Shown here piece by piece: positions 1-12,509 of a stretch of 39,260 bases of DNA. The DNA comes from Eledone cirrhosa (lineage: Eukaryota): contig CAXHJY010001649.1 in the NCBI GenBank assembly GCA_964016885.1, positions 1 to 39,260 on the forward strand. The letters are read 5' to 3'. Every line of letters starts with the position of its first letter. The first letter of the stretch is position 1. The notes under the pieces were generated by a model. That model saw only the letters and a list, made by a program, of their open reading frames with translations. It had not been told where the DNA came from and did no database searches. The translations under genes and the position numbers were made by a program.

Positions 1-406
1 AAGCTTTTAGCATTTTCATCATCTTTCATCTGTACACAGAGTTATATCTACATTAAGATCGAAACGTCAGAAGCCTGTCTCAGGAAGGAGGAACTCCGCG
101 GGGTGGGGTAGCTGTTGCAGCTGATGTCGCTGGCCATTGTCCGCGGAATTGCTTTTGCGGGCTTGTCCGCAGGGCGCAGCATCAACACCACTGTGCCTTA
201 GGCACTGAACCCATCATTCTCTCCCCTTTCCCTTCCTTTATTCTGTGGCCTTAGAGTCCTGGCTTTCCTCCTCCTTTTCCTCTCATTTATGGCTTTTATA
301 GTCCTTTCCTCTACTGTCCCATACATTTAGATCTCCCCTTCTTTATGCCTTCCCCATTTTATCATTACTTAATATGCTTCTATTTAATTAAATGTACTTA
401 CAATTT

Positions 407-588
407 CTGTATATTCCGTTGTCGAAGATGCTACTCCCCCCCCCCCCCGCCCCCTAAAATAAGTCTCTAAAATCTACCATACGTCCTGAAGGCTGAAGGT
501 TGTTTAATCTATTTTTTTCAAATTTTTAGCTGTAAAAAATTAGGGTGCGTCCTCGAGGACGAAGCGTCTTCGACACCGGGAAATACAG
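407..588. mobile_element. MITE with 25-bp terminal inverted repeats (Tc1/mariner superfamily, Tc2/pogo-like ends)
   Basis: 407-431 CTGTATATTCCGTTGTCGAAGATGC vs reverse complement of 564-588 CTGTATTTCCCGGTGTCGAAGACGC (21/25). TA follows the right end. Superfamily assignment from recalled TIR style. Confidence 0.65.
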
Positions 589-814
589 TAAGTTTAACTT
601 AAAATCATTAGATATGCACTGTGGTTTTACAAAAACAATTGTTATGCATTTAATCACGCTGATTATTTGACATATTTTATATACTCGGCGGGATTTGAAC
701 TCACACTCCAAACAGTAGATGCATGTATCACAAAAAAAGAAAAAAAAAATACCCGACGCTCGAATGACTCCGTTAGTTCGCATCTTAGATTAATGGTCAG
801 TCTATTATATATAT

Positions 815-1510
815 TTTAGTCCTGGGTGTCATTTTACATCTTGGATCACAGGTCTCGCGCACCAGGACTGAACAAAGTCTGATTCACCGTCCTATTCCCC
901 TCTTGGACTCAACTCACCTCCCCAATTTCTCCTAAATCCCGTCCATTATCACACCCCTAGATTCCTATCGCTTTCTCTTGATCATTAGCAGCTTCTCTTA
1001 CTGCTAATACATGCCGATACACACCCTTATATTAACATATTTTTGCTCATAGTTTCGTACTTACATACACACACACTCTTTTACTCCCATATACACACAC
1101 ATTTCTTCTTAGCTTCGTACGGACCTATAATAAGACACACACACACTAACTCATGCTTACGCACGTGCTCAAGTATAGCTCTTTTTACAAAACGTTTTTT
1201 TTTCCATTTCAGGTAGACGCCCTCCATCATCCACTTTTCTAAAAAAAACAAATCATACACAAAACGCCAGCACTAACAGTTTTGCAAGAGATGTCAACAT
1301 GATTGGACCTGTTATTTTTATCTAAAGACATGTTTTCCAATTCCAACCCGCCCGTCTCCTCAATTTATTTTATTTCTCATTCTTTCTTCTGATGAAGGAC
1401 TAGCGTCTGAAACGTTAAGACCCTCTTCCTGCTATGTCAAGCGTTAACCTAATATATACCTTCCATATACTGTACCGATTGTGTTGTTATTTCTGTTCAC
1501 CTTTTACATT
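815..1510 (+). mobile_element. Penelope-like element 3' end / pLTR copy (family A)
   Basis: Colinear, high-identity copy of 4896-5652. Both end at CCTTTTACAT followed by TA-rich sequence. Contains an HHR. Confidence 0.85.
1385..1420 (+). ncRNA. Minimal type I hammerhead ribozyme (family A pLTR)
   Basis: TCTT-CTGATGA-A-GGAC-TAGC-GTCT-GAAACGTT-AAGA: stem I TCTT/AAGA, stem II GGAC/GTCT, palindromic stem III AACGTT. Confidence 0.8.
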
Positions 1511-1754
1511 ATATATATAAAAAAGAAAATGTCGTTCTACATGACAGAATACAGTAAATGTAATCTGAGTTTTTCGAATATTAATAATAACATTCGATTT
1601 GTTTGCAATTATGCAAACAAGCCTCAATTTTATAGCCATGTCAGTAGAATGAACACTTCATTCTTGCTCTTGTGTTGGCATGCGAACAGAACTGCAGACA
1701 CTAATGTTTCTGGGTATCACCCTTCATCAATGCAGCTGTACTGATCAATATAAA

Positions 1755-1800
<46 letters not shown>

Positions 1801-1838
1801 GAATTATAAGAATCAAAGAACTGTTCAAAACATTTTTA

Positions 1839-1885
1839 TGCTTACAACTGTTTCCTCCAAACCGATGTTTGGATTCTTCGGAGCA
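1839..1885 (-). ncRNA. Hammerhead-like motif with CCGAAGA core variant
   Basis: Minus strand TGCT-CCGAAGA-A-TCCAAAC-ATCG-GTTTGGA-G-GAAAC-AGTT-GTA-AGCA: stem I TGCT/AGCA, perfect 7-bp stem II, GUA site. Confidence 0.65.
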
Positions 1886-2238
1886 ATTTATTATTGAATG
1901 AACACTTATATGACCTCCTTTTCACCCAAGAGACATACAGATACATATGCAAATATTGTGGGACAACATTCATTACAGCATTTAGTGTGGCAGTACACAT
2001 TTAGAGATTACATTCATATTAAAAGATACAATCAAAAATACAGGTTAAAATACAACATGAAATTAAGCGGTTATAGAGTGCAATAGTTATACGTGTGGCA
2101 AGCACGTGTGTCTTGTTTATATAGTGTGGCAGAGAGTTACGTGTAATAGAAGCACTTAAGCAGGTAATCAAGAGTGTTAAGGGGGTTGATCTGGTAATGA
2201 ATTCTTTATATGATTGTTATATATGTATATATATAAAA

Positions 2239-2313
<75 letters not shown>

Positions 2314-2344
2314 CATACATACATACACACACACGCACATATAT

Positions 2345-3775
2345 TTATCTATATATTTATACATATATATACATCTGAAATTGTGCGTGTGTGTGTGTCC
2401 CCCCTAAATTTTGCAAAGTCTATACAACTCCACATTTCTACTCCGATTGACTTCAAACTTACATTTATATATTCCTTGCGGTCTAAAGATATTAAATGCA
2501 GCTTTTATTTTTTAATTTTCTGTTGTTATAGGGGTGTCAGGCGCCGGTTATCGATATCTCTGTCTTTCTTAGTCTGTCATTTTAGATAGATGCATAGCTA
2601 TAACGTCGCGCCCTTATAATATCTGTCTGACTTACGACATTATGACAAACATTATTCCCATTGCTGACATTTTATCTTCGCTATTTTCCGTTCATTGCCA
2701 GGGAACGTCTTCACGAACCAAAGTATCGTCTTACTGTTTTCCTTCGGTTGCAACGTTTTTCAAAATATTTACTTCTGCGTTCACAGACTATTCTTTTAGT
2801 TTCAGAAGATCCCGTTAAGGTTGAAAGCACACGTTGTAAGCAATGTCAATGTTACTGCTGCTACATAGGACTCCCATTACCACTGAACTTTCACCTTTGC
2901 GTTCTGCATTTCCATCCGCAGGCCAACATGGAATGGTCTTCATAGTACTCAGTTTATTGAGGGAGAAACAGAAGGGTCTCGAATTTGCCGTCCAAAAAAA
3001 CCCATTAACAATAACGAAAACCGCTAACATCAACTCAGAATGATACATTGTAGGTCGCTTTAACCAGTCTTTTATTAATAAAAAAACTTCTTGCCAATAA
3101 ACATTAACCATTTGTGCGCCATTCATCTAACTGTAGACCAACAAATACCAACTAAACGGAGCGTTGAAAAGAACGATGGCGAATGAATCTTCGAGGTAAG
3201 CAGTTTCCTCCCGAGCTGTTAGTTCACGCGGGATTCTCTGCTACACCTTTTCATAATAATACCGAACAACGCACTGCTGGTCACTCCTTACTCCAAAAGC
3301 CGTACAAAGCGGACATATGCATCGGGCAGATGGATCGGGTGCAAATCTACACCAGGCCTACGCGAGAAATTCACAAGGGACTGCACCGAGAGGGATAGAG
3401 AGAAAGAGTAACTTAGTGGAAAGAGTGCGAATGAACTTTTGAGGTAAGTAGCATACGCCTTACTGATATGACACTGGAACCTTCTGCCAACTTAACCTGT
3501 GACTTTCTCTTTCACATGTACTCCAATAGGCCAAAACAGTGGGGACAACTGTCACAGAAGGAGTATGAAAAGAAGGGGCTCAACAATATTTCTATGAACA
3601 ATGCACGTAGACAGCTAAACTGTACTTTCAACTTCTTAATTTTCTCCAAATAAAACAAGTTTTCTGTCGGTATATTTTCGTGAGTTTTTAACAGACACTC
3701 ACAAATAAACGTTTCTCATTGGAGGTGCTATTACCAATGTTCTTACCAGTGCAACGCCGGGATACACTACTAGTA
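2345..3775 (-). mobile_element. Non-autonomous Helitron/Helentron-type element
   Basis: Minus strand starts ACTAGTAGTGTATCCCGGCGTTG, like the ends at 18754 and 29174. 2555-2647 and 2750-2830 match 34022-34130 and 33905-33985 in reverse. Left boundary approximate. Confidence 0.6.
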
Positions 3776-4939
3776 CCACTTTTCTCCGTCTGGCTGAACT
3801 TGTTCTCACCCTTAATCGATTTTCTTTTTCGAATGAATTTTACCAGCAGGTCTCTGGGGTAGCGAATGGGTTCAAACTATGCCAACTTGTTTGTTGGCTA
3901 CGTCGAAGCCCAGATCTTCTCCCAGTGCGCTGGACCGACTTCTGAGCTATACGGTCGTTATATCGACGACTGTATCGGCGCCACCTCTCTATCACGAGAA
4001 CAGCTCAACTGTTTTCTTTCTTTTGTCCAATATTTCCATCCTGCTTTCAATTTCACCGCCTCCTTCTCCGATTCTTCTGTCACCTTTCTAGATATCTCTC
4101 TATCTATTAATCACTCTCACCACACCCTCTCTACTTCCATCTACATTAAACCAACAGACTCCCAATCTTACCTCGACTTCACCTCCTCCCATCCAACCCA
4201 CACCAAATACTCCATACCCTATTCCCAATTCCTCCGTCTTCGTCGGCTCTGTAGCCAGGACGACCATTTCAAAACCCATTCCCTTCGCATGGCTTTCTGC
4301 TTCATCCAGCGTGGATATCCCCCCACCTTGATCCAAGCTGCTCTCACCCGCGCCCGTGAAACAGACCGCACCACAGCCCTCTCACCTCAACACCGCCCTC
4401 CCATCACCCATGTTCCTTTCCCTCTCACCTACCACCCCATTACCCTACCACTCCGGCGACATATCCTCCGTTCCTTTCGTATCCTCTCTTCTGACCCTGT
4501 CACTTCTCGCTTTTTTCCAAACCCACCCATTACTGCTTTTAAGCGCGCCCGCAACCTCCGCGAACTCCTTGATCGCATTTCTTTTTCGTCCTCTCCCACG
4601 ACTCCACCCAGCTCTCATCCTTGTTCTCGTTCCCGCTGCAACACTTCTCCCTCTATTTCCACCCTCACCACTCATACAGGCCCTAACGGGTCTTTCCGTA
4701 TCCGCCATTCCTTCATCTTCACATCCACCCACGTTGTCTATGCCCCCCAGTGTTCTCTTTGCTGGTCTTTATATATTGGACAAACGGGATGCTGTATGGC
4801 GGACCGTTTTGCCGAATATTTGAGGCACATACGACTCGGTTTGGATACTCCTGTCGCCCGTCATTTCTGTTCTCCTGGTCATTCTTCCCTACATGTTTCA
4901 GTCCTGGGTGTCCTTTTACATCATGGATCACAGGCCTGA
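3776..4939 (+). pseudogene. PLE reverse transcriptase-GIY-YIG endonuclease, truncated and frameshifted near 3865
   Basis: LRLAELVLTLNRFSFSNEFYQQVSGVA, then MGSNYANLFVG, RYIDD, VTFLDIS, SSHPTHTKYSIPYSQFLRLRRLCS, PCSRSRCNT, HVVY...LYIGQTG...RFAEY. Confidence 0.9.
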
Positions 4940-5207
4940 CGCACCAGGGCTGAACAAAGTCAGATTCCCCGTCTTGGGTCATATTCCTCTCTTGGACTCA
5001 ACTCACCTCCCCAATTTCTCTAATACCCCGTCCATTATCACACCCCTAGATTCCTATCGCTTTCACTTGATCATTAGCAGCTTCTCTTACAACTAATACA
5101 TGCCGATACACACCCTTATATTAACATACTTTTGCTCATAGCTTCGTACTTACATGCTTTTACTCACATATACACACACATTTCTTCTTAGCTTCGTATG
5201 GACCTAT

Positions 5208-5273
<66 letters not shown>

Positions 5274-5527
5274 ACGCACATGCACACACACAAACTCATG
5301 CTTACGCAGGTGCTCAAGTATAGCTCTTTTTACAAAACGTTTTTTTTCCATTTCAGGTAGACGCGCGCTATCATTAACTTTTCTAAAAAACAAATCATAC
5401 ACAAAACGCCAGCACCAACAGTTTTGCAAGAGATGTCAACATGAATGGACCTGTTATTTTTATCTAAAGACATTTTTTTCCAATTCCATCCCTCCCGTCC
5501 CCTCAATCTATTTTATTTCTCATTCTT

Positions 5528-5563
5528 TCTTCTGATGAAGGACTAGCGTCCGAAACGTTAAGA
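5528..5563 (+). ncRNA. Minimal type I hammerhead ribozyme (family A pLTR), intact
   Basis: TCTT-CTGATGA-A-GGAC-TAGC-GTCC-GAAACGTT-AAGA with perfect stems I and II and palindromic stem III. Confidence 0.85.
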
Positions 5564-5900
5564 CCCTCTTCCTGCTATATCAAGCGTTAACCTAATATAT
5601 ACCTTCCATATACTGTACGGATTATGTTGTTATTTCTGTTTACCTTTTACATATATATGTATATATATATATAATTTCAGCGAGATCGAATTTCGGGTGT
5701 GGCCGAAAACAAAGCGAAACGCAATACCCGAGTTATGCTGGCAAGCGCTCCATGGACCAAATAAAGACCAGAGCAATAAACATAGGTTATAAATGCCAAA
5801 CAAACTCAGATGGCGGTCAAGACGCCATCAACCACCTAAGCCAAAAAGACGAGGCAAACCAAACAGGTCAAACAAAATAATTGAATATTTACACACACAC

Positions 5901-5938
<38 letters not shown>

Positions 5939-5942
<4 letters not shown>

Positions 5943-6613
5943 CATGAGAAGAAAAAAGAATACTGTGTGGTTGCACATGGGTTACATGTGATAAAAATAG
6001 TCCTTCGACAGTGATTTTCCAACCATCATTGGTATTTCATCGCATTAAAAATCATATACCTTAGGTTGGTGCGAGCAATAACTAAAAAAAGTTATTGGAA
6101 CCAGTAAATCGCGTAAAGCGAGGGGGACAAGTAAACAACATAGAAGGATAAAAGCAAACCAAAGATAGGAAAATAAACAAGAAACATGGTTGTCCGCCAG
6201 CATAAGCCGGGTGGATTTCATGAGCGGGAGAGGTACAGACCGTCCGACGTGAGTGAGATGTAAGCAAGAAGAGACCCACTACAAGCCAAACGGGAGGAAG
6301 TGAGAAGGGAGAAACAGAGAGTGAGTGAGAGGAAGTGCGAGGAAGTGGTCAGTCGAGAGAAAGTGTAACTGACAGAGGGGGCGAAAGAAGATGAGAGAAA
6401 CAGAGAGAGCGGGGAAGCAGTAAGAGAGAAACAGACAAACGCAGCCGAGGTAAATATATATAAAAAAAACATGAGAAGAAAGAAGAATACTACGTGGTTG
6501 CACATGGGTTACATATGATAAAAATAGTCCTTCGTCAGTGATTTTCCCACCATCATTGGTATTTCATCGCATTAAAAATCAAATACATCAGGTTGGTGCG
6601 AGCAATAACTATA
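5939..6613. repeat. About 145-bp direct repeats (5939-6084, 6468-6613) flanking a GA-rich core; unclassified element
   Basis: CATGAGAAGAAA...GGTTGCACATGGGTTACAT...AGGTTGGTGCGAGCAATAACTA occurs twice. (TA)n on both outer sides. Confidence 0.7.
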
Positions 6614-7325
6614 TATATATATATAAGAAAACTTATATTCTCATAATACATATATGTGCATATTCATGCAAACCGATACACACACATCTCTCACTATTAC
6701 CCTCTTTCTTTGTATGTATGTGTGTATACAAATATATATAAATATATATATATATATACATTTTTTTTTATTGTGTTTGATATGTGATCTAATTACTGCT
6801 ATTAATTTTATCTGTCACTCTTTTAAGTTGTGAAAAAGACTAGTTTACGCACGTGGCTGCCGCAATCCAGCTCGCTACTCTATATTGCTCTATAATAGAT
6901 ACTGGCATTTAATGTCCGTTAAAGGTTCTTGGTACAACCATTCTTACTATCGCTTTCCTCTAGCCATGGGACTTGGAGACATGAGCCGAATGCTACCATT
7001 CTATTATACATCGATGTGGGACTGATTTTTCCAATAACCATCTTTTCACTATCTTAATACTTTGTGTTTGAGACACGTTGGCTGAGGGTTTTTGACGGGA
7101 ACGAAAAGATTTGTTTTATATTCTCCCGCCATCACGTAAAGTTTGTAAATCGGTGGCTGGTCGGGGGACAGAATTGTATCAGATTCCAGTTGCTAATCAC
7201 TTTATTGTGTCGGCCGTCACAAACAGTCATGGCTGGGGTTTGGGTTCTGTCGATCGATTGGTTATTGATTAGGCGATACCCGTTGATGAAGACACACGCG
7301 CCGATTATGCATTGTTGCATGATAT

Positions 7326-7823
7326 ATGCAGACAGAGGGTGCAGCGCACCCTACTGCTGCATTAAGTGTGGCCGAAAAATCCCTGATCAGCAAAACATAC
7401 CCTTTTAAGAAAACCCACTGTACTAATAGGAAATGTGTTATATGTAAAGTAAACCCCCAGATAAACTGTAAAACTAGAAATGTAGTCTATAGCATAAGAT
7501 GTACAGAGGGTACTTGCAGAAACATGACAGCAAGATACATAGGTGAGACAGCTCGAAGCATAGGAGAAAGGATAGACCAACACTGGGGGGAATTAAAAGG
7601 ACGAAAAAACGGTTCAGTACTATACGAACATGCCAGACAACAACATGACGGTAACATAGACAACATAGAAATTAAAATAATATCTAAACATAGAAATGAC
7701 CCAGCAGATAGGCAAATCAGAGAAGCAAATGAAATAGAACTTAGAAGGCCAAAGGTAAACAGAAAACATGAATGGAATAACAACAACACCCAAACAAATA
7801 ATACTGACTTAAGAGAAATATAA
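7326..7823 (+). pseudogene. GIY-YIG endonuclease domain of a 5'-truncated PLE (family B)
   Basis: CTNRKCVIC...NCKTRNVVYSIRC...RYIGETARSIGERIDQH...RQIREANEI...PKVNRK. No RT upstream. HHR-like motif downstream. Confidence 0.85.
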
Positions 7824-8054
7824 ATAAATAAATATATACACAAGTGCAATAACAACAAACACATATCAACACACACTAGTAAACTAAAATAGAATACAAT
7901 AACCAAAACACAGTCACCCAAACGCGAACACACACACCAAACATACTCACACGCAAACGCATGCGCAGAGAAGACAAACATAAATGAATAAATAAATAAA
8001 CAGATAAAATTAAAATGGCGTAGATATACAATACAACAGGAGAAACATAATAGT

Positions 8055-8098
8055 ACCACTGACGATGTTGCAGATGTGTAATGAAAGAACTTTGTTGG
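8055..8098 (+). ncRNA. Degenerate hammerhead motif in family B 3' pLTR
   Basis: CCA-CTGACGA-T-GTTGCA-GATG-TGTAAT-GAAAGAACTTT-GTTGG. Core boxes intact, stem II has wobbles, stem I imperfect. Confidence 0.55.
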
Positions 8099-8474
8099 AC
8101 TATATATATGTATTTATATCTGTATTTTTGACCGTTGGTCAGTCAATGATAAACATTGATTGCCAAATAAATTAACTGTGAAGATATAAAAGAATCAGAA
8201 GCGAAAACAAACCAAACATTGAGTGTGTTCTGTTATTATTTCTGGGAATATTATTACAACAATATGACACTCCCCAAATATAACACTATTTGTTTCGACT
8301 CACGATTTCATATAAAAAACCACGCAAAACACATATATATATATATATACACTCACACATACATACATATACCTATATACAAATAAGCATATACCTATAT
8401 AAATTATATATACAAATACACTCACATAGACACACATATATATATATGTGTGTGTGTGTATATATATATATATG

Positions 8475-9034
8475 TCAGGTCACCATGTCGGGTCGTTGGC
8501 GAGTAAACTGGCAACCCCACCAAGGTTTCTTGGTGTCGAGGGTGACTTTGGACATCCTGCAGGACTAAAAACAAAACCTGTCAAAAGGCAAAGGAGCTCT
8601 TAAGTGTCAATGGCCATCCAAAATCACCGGGAGAGATGACCCCTTAGCCTTTGTCAAGGCAGAATTCTAGAAGGAAAACTCTGATAAAACACCTGCAACT
8701 CTGATGGTATTCAATGATGCTGACTTGTTCTTCTTTTTGGTAAATATCATCTTGGTTAAGAGAGTGGGACTGGCTTTGTGCAGTGCCTTTGCTCACTATA
8801 AAAGCTTCACGGCACAGGCATTGCTTTATATCTGGAGATCTCTCTGCACTTGTCGTCACATGGTACCATGGCACCAGCAATATGTGTCAATAATTGTCAC
8901 AAGTGTAGTGTTTGTACCAGAGTTTTCAAGTCGCTGGCTGAACTAAAAAGTCACACTCGTTCAGCGCTTCGGTAGGAGTTCTCCTACATGGATATAAAGT
9001 AGTGGCCGTATTCGAAAACGAGTGGGCAGCCACC

Positions 9035-9037
<3 letters not shown>
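8475..9037 (+). mobile_element. Non-autonomous bipartite RTE derivative (5'UTR-like head plus 3' ORF end with C2H2 finger), copy 1
   Basis: Head contains CTAG(GAG)AAGGAAAACTCTGAT. The tail translates [22 protein letters not shown]. The 3' stem-loop GTGGCC..TTCGAAAACGAG..GCCACC resembles 23957-23996. Confidence 0.75.
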
Positions 9038-9082
<45 letters not shown>

Positions 9083-9088
9083 TATATA

Positions 9089-9132
<44 letters not shown>

Positions 9133-9138
9133 TATATA

Positions 9139-9192
<54 letters not shown>

Positions 9193-9199
9193 TATATAC

Positions 9200-9698
9200 T
9201 GTGACTTTGGACATCCTGCAGGACTAAAAACAAAACCTGTCAAAGGGCAAAGGAGCTCTTAAGAGTCAATGGCCATCCAAAATCACTGGGAGAGATGACC
9301 CCTTTGCCTTTGTCAGGGCAGAATTCTAGGAGAAGGAAAACTCTGATATAACACCTGCAACCCTGATGGTATCCAATGATGTTGACTTGTTCTTCTTTTT
9401 GGTAAATATCATCTTGGTTAAGAGAGTGGGACTGGCTTTGTGCAGTGCCTTTGCTCACTATAAAAGCTTCAGGGCACAGGCATTGCTTTGTATCTGGAGA
9501 TCTCTCTGCACTTGTCGTCACATGGTACCAAAGGTAAAGCACTATGTGTCAATAATTGTCACAAGTGTAGTGTTTGTACCAGAGTTTTCAAGTCGCTGGC
9601 TGGACTAAAAAGTCACACTCGTTCAGCGCATCGGTAGGGGTTCTCCTACATGGATATAAAGTAGTGGCCGTACTTGAAAACGAGTTGGCAGCCACCAT
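9200..9698 (+). mobile_element. Bipartite RTE derivative, copy 2 (5'-truncated)
   Basis: Colinear with 8542-9037. Followed by a (TA)/(TGTA)n tail. Confidence 0.8.
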
Positions 9699-9793
9699 GT
9701 ATATATATATGTATGTATATATATATATATATGTATGTATATGTATATGTATGTATATATGTATGTATGTATATATGTATGTATATATGTATG

Positions 9794-9825
<32 letters not shown>

Positions 9826-9913
9826 TGTATGTATGTATGTATGTATGTATGTATGTATGTATATGTGTGTATCTATATGTATGTATATGTATGTATATGT
9901 ATATGTATATATA

Positions 9914-10162
9914 TGTGCCTTTGCTCACTATAAAAGCTTCACGGCACAGGCATTGCTTTATATCTGGAGATCTCTGCACTTGTCGTCACATGGTACCATG
10001 GGCCCAGCACTATGTGTCAATAATTGTCACAAGTGTAGTGTTTGTACCAGAGTGTTCAAGTCGCTGCCTGGACTAAAAAGTCACACTCGTTCAGCGCATC
10101 GGTAGTGGTTCTCCTACATGGATATAAAGTAGTGGCCGTACTCGAAAACGAGTTGGCAGCCA

Positions 10163-10164
<2 letters not shown>
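9914..10164 (+). mobile_element. Bipartite RTE derivative, copy 3 (3' third only)
   Basis: Colinear with 8783-9034. The ORF track shows [27 protein letters not shown]. Confidence 0.8.
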
Positions 10165-10218
<54 letters not shown>

Positions 10219-10227
10219 TATATACTG

Positions 10228-10261
<34 letters not shown>

Positions 10262-10309
10262 TATACAGATTTGTATATATATATGATATATATATTTATA
10301 TACATACTC

Positions 10310-10360
<51 letters not shown>

Positions 10361-10408
10361 TATACAGATTTGTATATATATATGATATATATATTTATAT
10401 ACATACTC

Positions 10409-10497
<89 letters not shown>

Positions 10498-10596
10498 TGT
10501 GTGTATGTGTATATATATATATATGCATACATATATATATATATATATATGTGCATACATACATATATATATATATCTATATATATATATATATGT

Positions 10597-10695
<99 letters not shown>

Positions 10696-10722
10696 TATGT
10701 ACATACATATATATATGTATAC

Positions 10723-10759
<37 letters not shown>

Positions 10760-11065
10760 CGCATGCAGCAGTGTCTATTTGGGATTTTCGGATAATGTTT
10801 TACCGTCGTGTTTAATTAGTGTTTCCACTCGTCAAATTCCTGTGGCTTTCTCCACCCTACACCGCCGTCACCATTACCAGCAGGTCCTATGAATACCACT
10901 CCCACCTATACCACCATCTACCCACCGTCCACGCATATGTGTATGTGTAGTATGTGTACGTGTGTGTAAAGATATATATTTATGTATGTATGCATATATA
11001 CATATGTATATATGCGTGTGTGTGCATTCATATATATATATATATATATTTATCTCTCTCTCTCT

Positions 11066-11109
<44 letters not shown>

Positions 11110-11121
11110 TTATACATATAC

Positions 11122-11169
<48 letters not shown>

Positions 11170-11184
11170 TTATACATATACATT

Positions 11185-11222
<38 letters not shown>

Positions 11223-11353
11223 TATTTACAAACACACACTCACACACACACTCACACACACACTCACATACACACACATATATATATATATATATATATT
11301 GATTTAGCCATCTATAAAATATGTAATTTTTATAAATACATAAATATAACAAC

Positions 11354-11406
<53 letters not shown>

Positions 11407-11421
11407 ATATGTGTGTGTATG

Positions 11422-11454
<33 letters not shown>

Positions 11455-11488
11455 ATGTATATATATATATATGTGTGTGTGTGTGTGG

Positions 11489-11553
<65 letters not shown>

Positions 11554-11640
11554 CATATGTGTGTGTGTGTATGTATATATATATGTTTGTAAATATGGCT
11601 GGGTGTGCCCTTATAGTGTGTGTTTGTGTGTGTGTATGAT
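10165..11640. repeat. Compound (TA)n/(TG)n/(CA)n microsatellite field
   Basis: Directly visible. Includes an internal duplication of about 80 bp at 10250-10415. Confidence 0.95.
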
Positions 11641-11849
11641 GTGAATACAACTATATACACACTGTGGAAGCCGTATCAATCTCACCGTTTTCTTTTATTT
11701 GTTGTTGTTATTGCGTTGCTGCTGCTGCTGCTGTTATTATTATTGTTGCTGTTGTTGTTGTTGTTTTTTTCCTCTTCCGTTTCTTCCGCTTCCATCCCTC
11801 AGGGTGTGGTTATGGTTGTGCATATGGATGGGAAACCCCCTGTTTCACA

Positions 11850-12378
11850 CCCCACTACACTACACCACACCAGCACAAAGCACTACTCCACTGCATCACA
11901 CCACACCACACCACACTGCACTACACCACTACACCACACCGCACCACCACACTTCACCACACCACACCACACTACACTACCCACCACACCACCCACTATC
12001 CCATCCCAAACTCCACACCACACCACTACAACACCACACCACACCACACCACACCACACCACACCACCACACCACACCACACCACACCACACCACATCTC
12101 ACCACATCCAACCCACACCCTATCCCACCACACAACCCACCATCCCATCTCAAACTCCACACCACACCACACCATACCCCACCCACAACGTACCCCACTA
12201 CGCCCCACCCCACTAACCCCACCCTACTACGCCACACCTCATACTCCGCTGTTCCACACCGCACCCCACACCCCACCACTCTACACCACCACCCACCTCT
12301 CTCTACATAGATCCACACTCCACATCACCCCACCACGCCACGCCCCACCAGTCCCCACCCCACCACACCACCCACCCT
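11850..12378. repeat. (CACAC/CAC)n low-complexity tract
   Basis: Degenerate CACCA pentamer repeats. Confidence 0.9.
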
Positions 12379-12509
12379 GTCGTCCTTCAAGCTACAAAAA
12401 AATGTGGCTAGTAAGAAGGAAGGTGGAGGTAGATGTATGGAAGGACATGTGGGCTGGCATTAAACGATATATCAATCCTACATTGGTGGCTTTGTTGTTT
12501 CTTGTTTGT

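Larger units (their letters stand above)
3776..5652 (+). mobile_element. 5'-truncated Penelope-like retroelement (family A, probably Neptune-type): RT C-terminal half, Cys linker, GIY-YIG, pLTR
   Basis: See the pseudogene and HHR features. The 3' 750 bp is repeated at 815-1510 and partly at 26998-27190. Confidence 0.9.

Noticed and set aside
58-75. GAAACGTCAGAAG possible HHR 3' half (also GAAACGTGTGTGAAC at 28091)
   Set aside because: No CUGANGA partner within the window.
8478-8547. HDV-like ribozyme (P1 GGTCACC/GGTGACT with G-U wobble)
   Set aside because: No matching P3/L3 or P1.1, and the pairing is not kept in the 27360-27490 relative.
8926-11660. Many long YI/VC/HT-repeat ORFs (also 22686-23033, 24916-25880, 35103-39246)
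   Set aside because: Translations of microsatellites with no stops by composition.
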